A stretch of 64,000 nt of DNA from positions 1,465 to 65,464 of the forward strand of contig JBOGET010000088.1 in assembly GCA_050741975.1 (NCBI GenBank), in the 5' to 3' direction. Source of the DNA: Acidimicrobiia bacterium. GTDB taxonomy: Bacteria; Actinomycetota; Acidimicrobiia; Spongiisociales; ZC4RG35. The notes below the pieces were generated by a model. It had not been told where the DNA came from, did no database searches, and saw only the letters and a list, made by a program, of their open reading frames with translations. Positions 56,258 to 64,000 of this stretch are shown one piece after another (within the stretch, counting starts at the first letter, position 1; every line of letters starts with the position of its first letter). The position numbers were made by a program, and so were the translations under genes.

Positions 56258-57142
56258 GTGGGCTCATACGTCGAGACTCCTCAGGGACTGGTCCACGAAG
56301 TCGACTTCGGTGGCTCCGGCCCCAACCTGGTCCTGATCCACGGGCTTGGCGGGTCCACCCTCAATTGGAACGCCGTCGCCCCCTCGCTGGCCGAAACCGG
56401 ACGGGTCAGGGCCATCGATCTCCCCGGTTTCGGGCTGACACCGCCGCGCCCCGACTTCCGCCTCGTCACACACCGCGATTCTGTGGTCGGTTATCTCGAG
56501 ACCATGAATGGCCCTTTCACCTTGATCGGCAACTCGACGGGCGGGCTCCTCTCGGAGATGATCGCCGCCCATCGCCCCGATCTGGTCGAGCGACTGATGC
56601 TGGTCTCGCCCGCCACGCCGCCGTTGCTACCAGACCCGCGGCTCGACTGGCCGACAGTGATCCGTCTCGCCATCCAGGCGACCCCACTGCTCGGAGAGAT
56701 CTACGGACGCCACTTCATCCGCAGCAACAGTCCCGAGGAACTGGTGCGAAAGACCCTGGCCATGGTCACCCACAAGCCGGGTCGGGTGCCGATGGAGCTG
56801 ATCGAGGACTCTCGGGAGATGGCCCGGGTCCGCAAGCTCCTGCCCTGGGCGGAATATGCCACGGCGAGGACCGCTACCTCGATCGCCGCCCTCTATGCCC
56901 GGCGCTCCGTATTCTGCGCGATGATCGAGGCGATCCGGGCACCGACCCTGGTCGTCCAGGGGTTGTCCGATCACATCGTCTCCCCGACCGCAGTCGAATG
57001 GCTCTGCTCACTCCGACCCGAATGGGACCTGGTCCAGATGAGCGACACGGGCCACACCCCGCAGATGGACGCCCCACTTCGCTTCGTCGAAGTGGCCAGG
57101 AACTGGCTGGTGCCGGCCGAACGCCCCGCAGTCGGGGTCTGA
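56258..57142 (+). CDS. Alpha/beta-fold hydrolase
   Basis: VLIHGLGGS and nucleophile elbow GNSTGG, with C-terminal DTGHTPQMD. Confidence 0.75.
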   Translation: MGSYVETPQGLVHEVDFGGSGPNLVLIHGLGGSTLNWNAVAPSLAETGRVRAIDLPGFGLTPPRPDFRLVTHRDSVVGYLETMNGPFTLIGNSTGGLLSEMIAAHRPDLVERLMLVSPATPPLLPDPRLDWPTVIRLAIQATPLLGEIYGRHFIRSNSPEELVRKTLAMVTHKPGRVPMELIEDSREMARVRKLLPWAEYATARTATSIAALYARRSVFCAMIEAIRAPTLVVQGLSDHIVSPTAVEWLCSLRPEWDLVQMSDTGHTPQMDAPLRFVEVARNWLVPAERPAVGV

Positions 57143-57245
57143 TGGCCCTGGCCGGCAAAGACCCCCTCCAGCCCTTCGGGCCACCTCCCCCAACATCGCT
57201 TCGCTCCTGGGTGGAGAAACACGGGCACTAACTAGGATTGGCCTC

Positions 57246-59969
57246 ATGGCAGGCGATTTGAGCCGGACTCTCGGAGACGAATACGTCCATCAGATGGCGG
57301 ACTCCGACCCGGTCGAGACCCAGGAGTGGCTCGACTCCCTCGATGCGGTGGTCACCGAGCAGGGACCGGACCGGGCCAAATATCTCGTGGCCAAGCTGCT
57401 GGAACGGGCTCATGAGAACAATGTCGGGATCGCCGGTGCGCTGACCACGCCCTACATCAACACCATCCCTCCCGAGGAAGAGCCCGAGTTCCCCGGTGAC
57501 CCCGACATCGAGCGTCGCATCAGGCGCTTCGTCCGATGGAACGCGGCGGTCATGGTGATCAAGGCCAACCACCGGTCCAAGGGGATCGGCGGGCATCTCT
57601 CCACCTTCGCCTCGTCGGCCACACTCTACGAGGTCGGTTTCAACCACTTCTTCCGGGGAAAGGGCGCCCCGGGAGGGGGCGACCACGTCTACATGCAGGG
57701 CCACGCTGCCCCAGGGATCTATGCCCGAGCCTTTCTCGAGGGCAGGTTCGACGAGAAGCACCTCGACAATTTCCGGTTCGAGATCGATGGCGATGGCCTC
57801 TCCTCCTATCCCCATCCCCGGCTCATGCCCGATTTCTGGGAGTTCCCGACGGTCTCGATGGGACTGGGCGCGATCAACTCGATCTATCAGGCGCGGTTCA
57901 ACAAGTACCTCCACAACCGCGAGATGGACGACACCTCGCAGTCGAGGGTGTGGTCGTTCATCGGCGACGGCGAGGTCGACGAACCGGAGACCCTGGGTGC
58001 GATCTCGCTCGCCGCACGAGAAGGGCTGGACAACCTGACCTGGGTCGTCAATTGCAACCTGCAGCGTCTCGACGGCCCGGTGCGGGGCAACGGCCAGATC
58101 ATCACCGAGCTCGAATCGGTGTTCCGCGGCGCGGGGTGGAACGTCATCAAGGTGATCTGGGGCTCGGGTTGGGACGCCCTGCTCGCACGTGACGACGAGG
58201 GTGCGCTGATCAACGTGATGAACACCACCGTGGACGGCGAGTACCAGCGATACAAGGCAGAGAATGGGGCCTATGTGCGGGAGCACTTCTTCGGCAAGGA
58301 CCCCCGCACCAAGGAGATGGTCGCCGAGATGAGCGACGACGAGATCTGGGCCCTGCGCCGGGGCGGTCTCGACTACGAGAAGATCTACGCCGCCTACAAG
58401 GTCGCCACCGAGCTCGACAACGGCAGACCGACCGTGATCCTGGCCAAGACGATCAAGGGGTGGACCCTCGGGCCCGACGTCGAGGGGCGCAACGCCACCC
58501 ATCAGATAAAGGAGATGACCAACCAACAGCTCATGGGTCTCCGGACCAGGTTGAGCCTGGAGAACGAGATCCCCGAGGAGGCTCTGGAAGGTGACAAGGT
58601 CCCGCCCTACTTCCGTCCCGGGCCGGGCACCCCCGAGCACGAGTATCTCCATGCCCGACGTGAGGAGCTGGGTGGGTTCCTCCCCAATCGGGTAGTCCGG
58701 CCCAACACCCTGACCCTGCCTGCTGCAGAGACCTTCCATGAGGTCTATGCCGGCTCGGGGAAGGTCGCGGCCTCGACCACGACCGCCTTCACCCGGTTGC
58801 TGCGCGGTCTGGCCCGCTCCGAGGGCTTTGGTAAGCACGTGGTCCCTATCGTGCCCGACGAGGCGAGGACCTTCGGCATGGACTCGCTGTTCAGGGAGTT
58901 GAAGATCTATGCCTCCAAGGGCCAGCTCTACGAGCCGGTGGACGCTTCGATGCTCCTCTCTTACGCGGAGAGCCAAAGCGGGCAGATCCTCGAGGAGGGG
59001 ATAACCGAAGCCGGGTCCATGGCATCCTGGATCGCCGCCGGCACCTCATACGCCATCCGCGGGGTTCCGATGGTGCCTTTCTTCATCTTCTACTCGATGT
59101 TCGGCTTTCAGCGGGTGGGCGACCTGATCTGGTCGGCGGCCGACTCCCGGGTCCGAGGCTTCCTCTTGGGAGCGACCGCGGGGCGCACCACGCTCGAGGG
59201 GGAGGGTCTCCAGCATCAGGACGGTCACAGCCTCGTGCTTGCCACTTCGGTCCCGGTCTGTGAGGCCTACGACCCCGCCTTTGCCTACGAGGTGGGCACC
59301 ATCGTCGAAGCCGGGTTGAAGCGGATGTACGGGAAGAGCCCGGAGGACGTCTTCTATTACTTGACCCTGTACAACGAGAACTACCCCCAGCCACCACGAC
59401 CCGACGGCGTGGAGCAGGGCATCGTCGACGGTCTCTACAAATGGGCCGACGGCGCCGACGTGACCGGGCCCAAGGTCGCCATCCTCTTCTCCGGCTCGGC
59501 CAACCTCGCCGCCCGCCAGGCGGCAGAAGACCTGGCGGAGCACTATGACGTGAGCGCCGAGCTGTGGTCGGCCACCTCCTACAAGAGACTCCGGGAGGAG
59601 GCGCTGGGTGTGGAACGCTGGAACCGGTTCCATCCGAACGAGACACCCCGGGTCCCGCAGATCACCGGTCTCCTCTCCGATGCGGAGAAGCCCGTGATCG
59701 CAGTGACCGACTTCATGAAGCTCGTGCCCGATCAGATATCACGCTGGGTCCCTGGTCGTTTCGTGCCCCTGGGCACAGATGGGTTCGGGCGATCCGATGC
59801 CCGCAGGGCGCTCCGCCGGTTCTTTGAGGTCGATACCGGGCACATCGTGGCCGCCACCCTGTCCACGTTGGCGGGCGAGGGGCTCATGCCCAAGACAGTC
59901 GTCCCGGACGCCTTCGAGAGATACGAGATCGACTCCGAGGCCCCGGACCCGGCCCACGCCCACCGATGA
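57246..59969 (+). CDS. aceE: Pyruvate dehydrogenase E1 component (homodimeric type)
   Basis: 907 aa. SDPVETQEWLDSL N-terminus and ThDP motif GDGEVDEPE...NCNLQRLDGPV. Confidence 0.9.
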   Translation: MAGDLSRTLGDEYVHQMADSDPVETQEWLDSLDAVVTEQGPDRAKYLVAKLLERAHENNVGIAGALTTPYINTIPPEEEPEFPGDPDIERRIRRFVRWNAAVMVIKANHRSKGIGGHLSTFASSATLYEVGFNHFFRGKGAPGGGDHVYMQGHAAPGIYARAFLEGRFDEKHLDNFRFEIDGDGLSSYPHPRLMPDFWEFPTVSMGLGAINSIYQARFNKYLHNREMDDTSQSRVWSFIGDGEVDEPETLGAISLAAREGLDNLTWVVNCNLQRLDGPVRGNGQIITELESVFRGAGWNVIKVIWGSGWDALLARDDEGALINVMNTTVDGEYQRYKAENGAYVREHFFGKDPRTKEMVAEMSDDEIWALRRGGLDYEKIYAAYKVATELDNGRPTVILAKTIKGWTLGPDVEGRNATHQIKEMTNQQLMGLRTRLSLENEIPEEALEGDKVPPYFRPGPGTPEHEYLHARREELGGFLPNRVVRPNTLTLPAAETFHEVYAGSGKVAASTTTAFTRLLRGLARSEGFGKHVVPIVPDEARTFGMDSLFRELKIYASKGQLYEPVDASMLLSYAESQSGQILEEGITEAGSMASWIAAGTSYAIRGVPMVPFFIFYSMFGFQRVGDLIWSAADSRVRGFLLGATAGRTTLEGEGLQHQDGHSLVLATSVPVCEAYDPAFAYEVGTIVEAGLKRMYGKSPEDVFYYLTLYNENYPQPPRPDGVEQGIVDGLYKWADGADVTGPKVAILFSGSANLAARQAAEDLAEHYDVSAELWSATSYKRLREEALGVERWNRFHPNETPRVPQITGLLSDAEKPVIAVTDFMKLVPDQISRWVPGRFVPLGTDGFGRSDARRALRRFFEVDTGHIVAATLSTLAGEGLMPKTVVPDAFERYEIDSEAPDPAHAHR

Positions 59970-61141
59970 CCTCCTATCGCGACCTCGTCAAGCGGGCCAA
60001 GAGGCAGATCGAGGAGATCCTGCCCGAGCATCTGGAGCCGAGGCTGGCCGAAGTGGTGGTCATCGACGTGCGCGAGACCGGGGAGCACGAGCAAGGTGCC
60101 ATCCTCGGGGCGCGGCTCGTGCCCCGTGGTCTGCTGGAGCGTGAGATCGCACGTGTCGTCCCCGACACCTCGCAGGCCGTGGTCGTCTATTGCGCCGGGG
60201 GCGGGCGCTCCGCTCTGGCCGCGGTCAGCCTCAGGGAGATGGGTTATGAGAACGTCTCCTCGTTGGCCGGCGGGTTCGATCGCTGGAAGACCGAAGGCCG
60301 TCCCTGGGCCACGGGCCAAGGGCTGAGCGCCGAGCAGAGGGACCGCTACTCGAGACATGTCCTCCTCGCCGAGGTCGGTGAGGAGGGACAGACCCGTCTC
60401 CTCGAATCGAAGGTGTTGCTCATCGGTGCCGGGGGTCTCGGCTCGCCGGCCGCCCTCTACCTCGCCGCCTCCGGTGTCGGCACGATCGGAATCGTCGACG
60501 ACGACGTCGTCGACAGCACCAACCTGCAGAGACAGGTGTTGCACAACCTCGATCGGATCGGGATGCCCAAGACGGAGTCCGCCCGGGAGACTCTCTCTGC
60601 ACTCAATCCGGACGTCAAGGTGGTCACCCACAACGAGCGGCTCACAGCCGACAACGCCCTGAGGATCATGGCTGGTTACGACGTCGTGCTCGACGGCGGC
60701 GACAACTTCGCCACCCGCTACCTGGTCAACGACGCCTCACTGCATCTGCGAGTGCCCGTGGTCCATGGCTCCATCTTCAGATTCGAAGGTCAGGTCTCGG
60801 TTTTCGACCCCTACCAGGGACCTTGTTATCGATGTCTATTCCCCGAGCCACCGCCCCCGGAGCTGGCCCCCTCCTGTGCCGAGGCCGGGGTGCTCGGCGT
60901 GCTTCCGGGGATCATCGGATCGATCGAGGCGATGGAGACGATCAAGCTGCTGCTCGGTCTGGGTGAGCCACTCACGGGGAGACTTCTGATCTACGATGCC
61001 CTCGAAGAGGAGTTCAACACCGTGAGCATCGGCCGGGACCCGGGGTGCCCCGCCTGCGCCGAGCCCGACAAACCGCCGATGCTCGTCGACTACGACCTCT
61101 TCTGCCGCCCGGCGGGGAACGTCGACCGTCCTCCCTCGTAA
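59966..61141 (+). CDS. Rhodanese-MoeB/ThiF adenylyltransferase fusion (rhodanese at the N-terminus)
   Basis: aa ~20-115: VIDVRETGEHEQGAILGA..., Cys loop YCAGGGRS. aa ~125-391: RYSRHVLL..., GAGGLGSPAALYLAASGVG, CYRCLFP and CPAC zinc motifs. ATGA overlap with the aceE stop. Confidence 0.8.
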   Translation: MTSYRDLVKRAKRQIEEILPEHLEPRLAEVVVIDVRETGEHEQGAILGARLVPRGLLEREIARVVPDTSQAVVVYCAGGGRSALAAVSLREMGYENVSSLAGGFDRWKTEGRPWATGQGLSAEQRDRYSRHVLLAEVGEEGQTRLLESKVLLIGAGGLGSPAALYLAASGVGTIGIVDDDVVDSTNLQRQVLHNLDRIGMPKTESARETLSALNPDVKVVTHNERLTADNALRIMAGYDVVLDGGDNFATRYLVNDASLHLRVPVVHGSIFRFEGQVSVFDPYQGPCYRCLFPEPPPPELAPSCAEAGVLGVLPGIIGSIEAMETIKLLLGLGEPLTGRLLIYDALEEEFNTVSIGRDPGCPACAEPDKPPMLVDYDLFCRPAGNVDRPPS

Positions 61142-61158
61142 TTGGCAGAGGTCCGCAT

Positions 61159-61578
61159 ATGACGCCTGTGGCTCCCAATTACGACGGGGGTGGCGAGCGG
61201 GTCCGGCTCCCTGACCAGATCCGGCGGGCGATTCTGGTCCATGCCGACAACTGCGCCCCCAACGAGTGCTGCGGGCTGCTCGCCGCCGACGAGAAGGGCC
61301 GAATCACCTTTGCCTACCCCCTTTCCAATGTCGCCCCCTCGCCGGTCGGCTACACGGTGGACCCCGACGAGCACTTCCACGCTCTGGCCCACGCCGAGTC
61401 CATGGGCTGGGAGATCGCCGGTGTCTTTCACTCCCACCCCGCGGGGCCGGCAGTGCCCTCCGTGACCGACGTCCGGACCGCGCTCGAGCCAGGCTGGATG
61501 TACCTGATCGCCGCCCCCGGCGAGCTGCGCGGGTTTTGGATCAGGGCCGGCGTGATCGAGGAGCTGAGCCTCGATTGA
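61159..61578 (+). CDS. JAMM/MPN+ metalloprotease (Mec-like)
   Basis: ECCGLL and HSHPAGPAVPSVTD (the JAMM H-x-H-x7-S-x2-D motif). ATG 61159 lies inside track ORF 61045..61578. Confidence 0.8.
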   Translation: MTPVAPNYDGGGERVRLPDQIRRAILVHADNCAPNECCGLLAADEKGRITFAYPLSNVAPSPVGYTVDPDEHFHALAHAESMGWEIAGVFHSHPAGPAVPSVTDVRTALEPGWMYLIAAPGELRGFWIRAGVIEELSLD

Positions 61579-61590
61579 AGCGACCGGGGC

Positions 61591-62010
61591 TCAGACCCAG
61601 ACGGTGACGATGACGGCCGCGATGACGTAGGCGATGATGGCGTTCACCCCGTTGATCAGCCAGTAGGAACCACCCTTCTGCTCGTAGAGCTGGTTGACCA
61701 GGGCGCTGACCACGCCGAATCCGACTCCGAGAACCAGGCCCAGCACCACGCCGTCCACTACCTCCGTGGCGCCGATGCCACGGGCGATCAACGCGATCAC
61801 GATGGTGGTCACGAAGTACCCGATGAGGGTCGGGATGAACAGCGCGGCCAACGAGGGGCCGCCCTCGGCGGTCATGTCCACCCTCGCCGCCTTCTGCCAT
61901 GCCTTGCTCAGGGGCGGCACCGAATACCAGATGGCGCTGAACACGAACCAGGCGGCCGTCGCCACCACGACGGCGAGCCAGTTCAGGTCACTGAAGAAGT
62001 CGAAGATCAT
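61591..62010 (-). CDS. DUF1761-like 4-TM membrane protein
   Basis: NWLAVVVATAAWFVFSAIWYS...LSKAW pattern and four hydrophobic helices. Confidence 0.55.
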   Translation of the reverse strand: MIFDFFSDLNWLAVVVATAAWFVFSAIWYSVPPLSKAWQKAARVDMTAEGGPSLAALFIPTLIGYFVTTIVIALIARGIGATEVVDGVVLGLVLGVGFGVVSALVNQLYEQKGGSYWLINGVNAIIAYVIAAVIVTVWV

Positions 62011-62077
62011 CCGGTCCTCCTTGCGGCCGATCGCCGGGAATCGTAGAGATCGCGGGACATGTCATGCGACCACACGA

Positions 62078-62533
62078 TCAGGATGGTCGATCGCCGCGAA
62101 CGGTTTGGCGTGCGCCGACACGGGCCCAGACGGCCACTGCGGCCGCCACTCCGAGCACTACCCCGGCGATCACACCCGCTGTGCTGCTCGGGTCGAAGCC
62201 GTCGGCACCGCTGTACTCGATCCCGGTCAGGCTCCGGCACACGATCGGAGCTGCCTCAGCCAGTCCGGTCACCGGGTCGAAAGTCTCCGACTGGGAGCAT
62301 CCCCAGGGGGCGATGGCGGCATGCCCGATCAGGTATCCGGCCACCAGCGCCATACCCGACCACCACACTCGTGGCCTGGACCGGAAGGGGCTGAGAACGA
62401 TCATCGCCACTGCCACCAGCCAGAAGGCACGACCGATGGTGAAGAGCGAGACGAACCCGAGGACGAGCAGGGACACGACGATGACCCAGTAGGCAACCCC
62501 CCGGGTCAAGTCCGAAGGTGACGATCTCGACAT
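62078..62533 (-). CDS. Membrane protein, unknown function
   Basis: Three to four hydrophobic helices and two Cys in the predicted loop. Confidence 0.45.
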   Translation of the reverse strand: MSRSSPSDLTRGVAYWVIVVSLLVLGFVSLFTIGRAFWLVAVAMIVLSPFRSRPRVWWSGMALVAGYLIGHAAIAPWGCSQSETFDPVTGLAEAAPIVCRSLTGIEYSGADGFDPSSTAGVIAGVVLGVAAAVAVWARVGARQTVRGDRPS

Positions 62534-62578
62534 ACCGGCCAGGAGGAAGCTACCGAACCAAGGAACCGGCCCCGTCTA

Positions 62579-63433
62579 TCAGCCGGAGTCCCCGACCAAC
62601 CCGAGCCGGCGACCAAACAGGTAACGATCGGCCATGAAGTTGAGGATGCGACGGGCCTCGCCGAACCGCTCGGCCACGACCCGGAGGAACGTCGACCCGT
62701 TGCCGACCTCGACCTCCGCCTCCTCGGCAGCCCTGTGGTACCACCCGGCCCCTGCCGCATCGAGGAATCTCAAGCCCCCGTACTCGGCAATCGCGTCGAT
62801 GGGCCGGATGGCGGCAGACCGGGCCAACCGCTCCCGTTGGGCTGCCGGCAGCGGATGGCTCGCCGCATGGTCGGGGAAGACACCGCTCAGGAAAAGGGCC
62901 ACGTCGCCCAGACGCCGATAGCCACCAGGGCGTTCGGCAGGTGGCAGAAGGTCCACCATCTCGGCGAGCCGAGTCAGGTCCAACTCACTGAAACGACGAC
63001 GCCGGTACCCGTGTCTGGTCCGCACCAGGTAGCTGCCGCTCGCCACGGTGGTGAATGAATTGAGGAACTCGATGAGGAAGTAGCGACGGAGCCCGTCATC
63101 CAGGAACCCACGCAACGGCTCGACGTCGAATACCGGCAGACGTTTGCCCGGCGCCGACCACTCGGACACGTGACTGGTGCTCTGCAGGTCGCTCGCCGAC
63201 CGGTTGACCAGGACCCCGAAGGCGAGGAACGTCGAAGCCCCGGGGTCGAGCAGGTCATGAGACGGGTCGAAGACCGTATCGAAGAGACTACGGGAAGCCA
63301 GCAGCTGATCGATGACCTCGGGTCGCTCCAACATCAGCCGTTTCAGCTCGGGGGCGTCGAGCCCGGCGGTTCGGGCCAGCAACTCGACGTCCCGAGGGCT
63401 GAGATGTTCCAGATAGAGCAGCGGATAGTTCAT
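62579..63433 (-). CDS. Hypothetical 284-aa soluble protein, no family recognised
   Basis: Clean ORF with ATG start and balanced composition. No motif I can name. Confidence 0.55.
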   Translation of the reverse strand: MNYPLLYLEHLSPRDVELLARTAGLDAPELKRLMLERPEVIDQLLASRSLFDTVFDPSHDLLDPGASTFLAFGVLVNRSASDLQSTSHVSEWSAPGKRLPVFDVEPLRGFLDDGLRRYFLIEFLNSFTTVASGSYLVRTRHGYRRRRFSELDLTRLAEMVDLLPPAERPGGYRRLGDVALFLSGVFPDHAASHPLPAAQRERLARSAAIRPIDAIAEYGGLRFLDAAGAGWYHRAAEEAEVEVGNGSTFLRVVAERFGEARRILNFMADRYLFGRRLGLVGDSG

Positions 63434-63455
63434 GTCACACCCTGCCGATCATCCG

Positions 63456-63475
63456 GGTCAGGGCATTCCCTGACC
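63456..63475. terminator. Perfect 8-bp hairpin GGTCAGGG-catt-CCCTGACC between two minus-strand genes
   Basis: Seen directly, 22 nt upstream of the 62579..63433 start and 130 nt downstream of the PLDc_N gene stop. Confidence 0.4.
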
Positions 63476-63604
63476 CTCCGGTTTCTTGTCATCTTATGAA
63501 TCGGCCGCATTTTGGTGTGTGATCACAGGTCGATAGCCCTATCCGGGTCACACGACGACGAGCTCGGTCATGGGCCCACGTCGGCACAGACCGTCGGTCA
63601 TCGA

Positions 63605-63916
63605 TCAGACGATCCCACCGACGACCATCCCCAGACCGAGGAACAGGACATAGACCAGCATTCCCCCGGCCATGAATACCCAGCGCTGCCAGACCGGTAT
63701 CGAGCTCCTCCCCATGATGTAGTACGCGATCACGCCCAGAAAGGGGACGATCAACACTGCGGCCATCCACGCCACCACCTTCCACCGACTCAGGTCTTCC
63801 CGCCGTGACAGATCCCAGAGGGCGAGCACCACCCATGAGGTGTAGAGGACCAGGGGGAGCACGTAGGCGTAGAGACCGAAGAACACCCCGGCCGCCGAGG
63901 CGAAGCTGACTCCCAT
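63605..63916 (-). CDS. PLDc_N-domain small membrane protein
   Basis: WVVLALWDLSRREDLSRWKVVAWMAAVLIVPFLGVIAYYIMGR matches the cardiolipin-synthase-N-like membrane motif. Confidence 0.65.
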   Translation of the reverse strand: MGVSFASAAGVFFGLYAYVLPLVLYTSWVVLALWDLSRREDLSRWKVVAWMAAVLIVPFLGVIAYYIMGRSSIPVWQRWVFMAGGMLVYVLFLGLGMVVGGIV

Positions 63917-64000
63917 GAGGTTGATTCCTTTCTGCTGGGTGACCTCCAGGCCGGCGGCATCGCCGGGGTGGTGATGCCGTCGAGGTCGGGACTGGAAGAG

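Noticed and set aside
54813-57245. RiPP precursor peptide gene next to the radical SAM enzyme.
   Set aside because: The only non-coding gaps are ~40 nt (56220-56257) and ~100 nt (57143-57245). Neither contains a convincing start-to-stop small ORF that I could see. The RiPP idea therefore remains unsupported.
63518-63527. TGTGATCACA as a CRP/FNR-family site.
   Set aside because: CRP-type sites have TGTGA-N6-TCACA; here the half-sites abut with no spacer. It is retained only as an unnamed palindrome.
1-64000. CRISPR arrays, prophage, integrase/transposase genes, toxin-antitoxin pairs and known defence-system hallmarks.
   Set aside because: No regularly spaced direct repeats, no recombinase-like ORFs and no short adjacent gene pairs of TA type were seen. 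The only repeats are the two elements around 37.3-39.2 kb.

Overview
This is a GC-rich bacterial chromosomal segment; third codon positions are almost all G/C. Gene content and order look like core Actinomycetota, possibly Acidimicrobiia-like (inference only). The evidence is ftsY-smc-acyP-mutM, rnc-plsX-rpmF-yceD-coaD-rsmD-recG, rpmB, ddl, an InhA-like fabI, an AdnAB-type helicase-nuclease pair, a PlsB-like GPAT and aceE. About 60 protein genes can be supported. I saw no rRNA, tRNA, CRISPR array, transposase or integrase. Most of the window is housekeeping. Five parts deserve a second look. (1) An ORF-free, hairpin-dense ~0.7 kb stretch (37.2-37.9 kb) has a shorter paralogous copy at 38.9-39.2 kb; the two flank a decayed SAM-methyltransferase gene, and the hairpin loops read as UUCG/GNRA tetraloops only on the minus strand. 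(2) A tight five-gene minus-strand operon (56.2 to 50.9 kb) is led by a B12-binding radical SAM enzyme with a C-terminal CCAEP tail, followed by an ABC-2 exporter and a proline-rich membrane protein. (3) An operon encodes an alpha/beta hydrolase, a membrane-anchored MurF-like ligase and Ddl, divergent from an orphan GAF histidine kinase. (4) There are unusual sulfur-transfer fusions: a cysteine synthase-rhodanese, and a rhodanese-MoeB translationally coupled to aceE and followed by a JAMM protease; no CysO/ThiS-like carrier is visible. (5) The arginine genes are Xanthomonas-type: an acetylornithine-type transcarbamylase plus a fused NAGS/NAGK. All functional calls come from motif recognition by eye on the supplied translations. 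No database search or folding program was run, and start codons are often uncertain.
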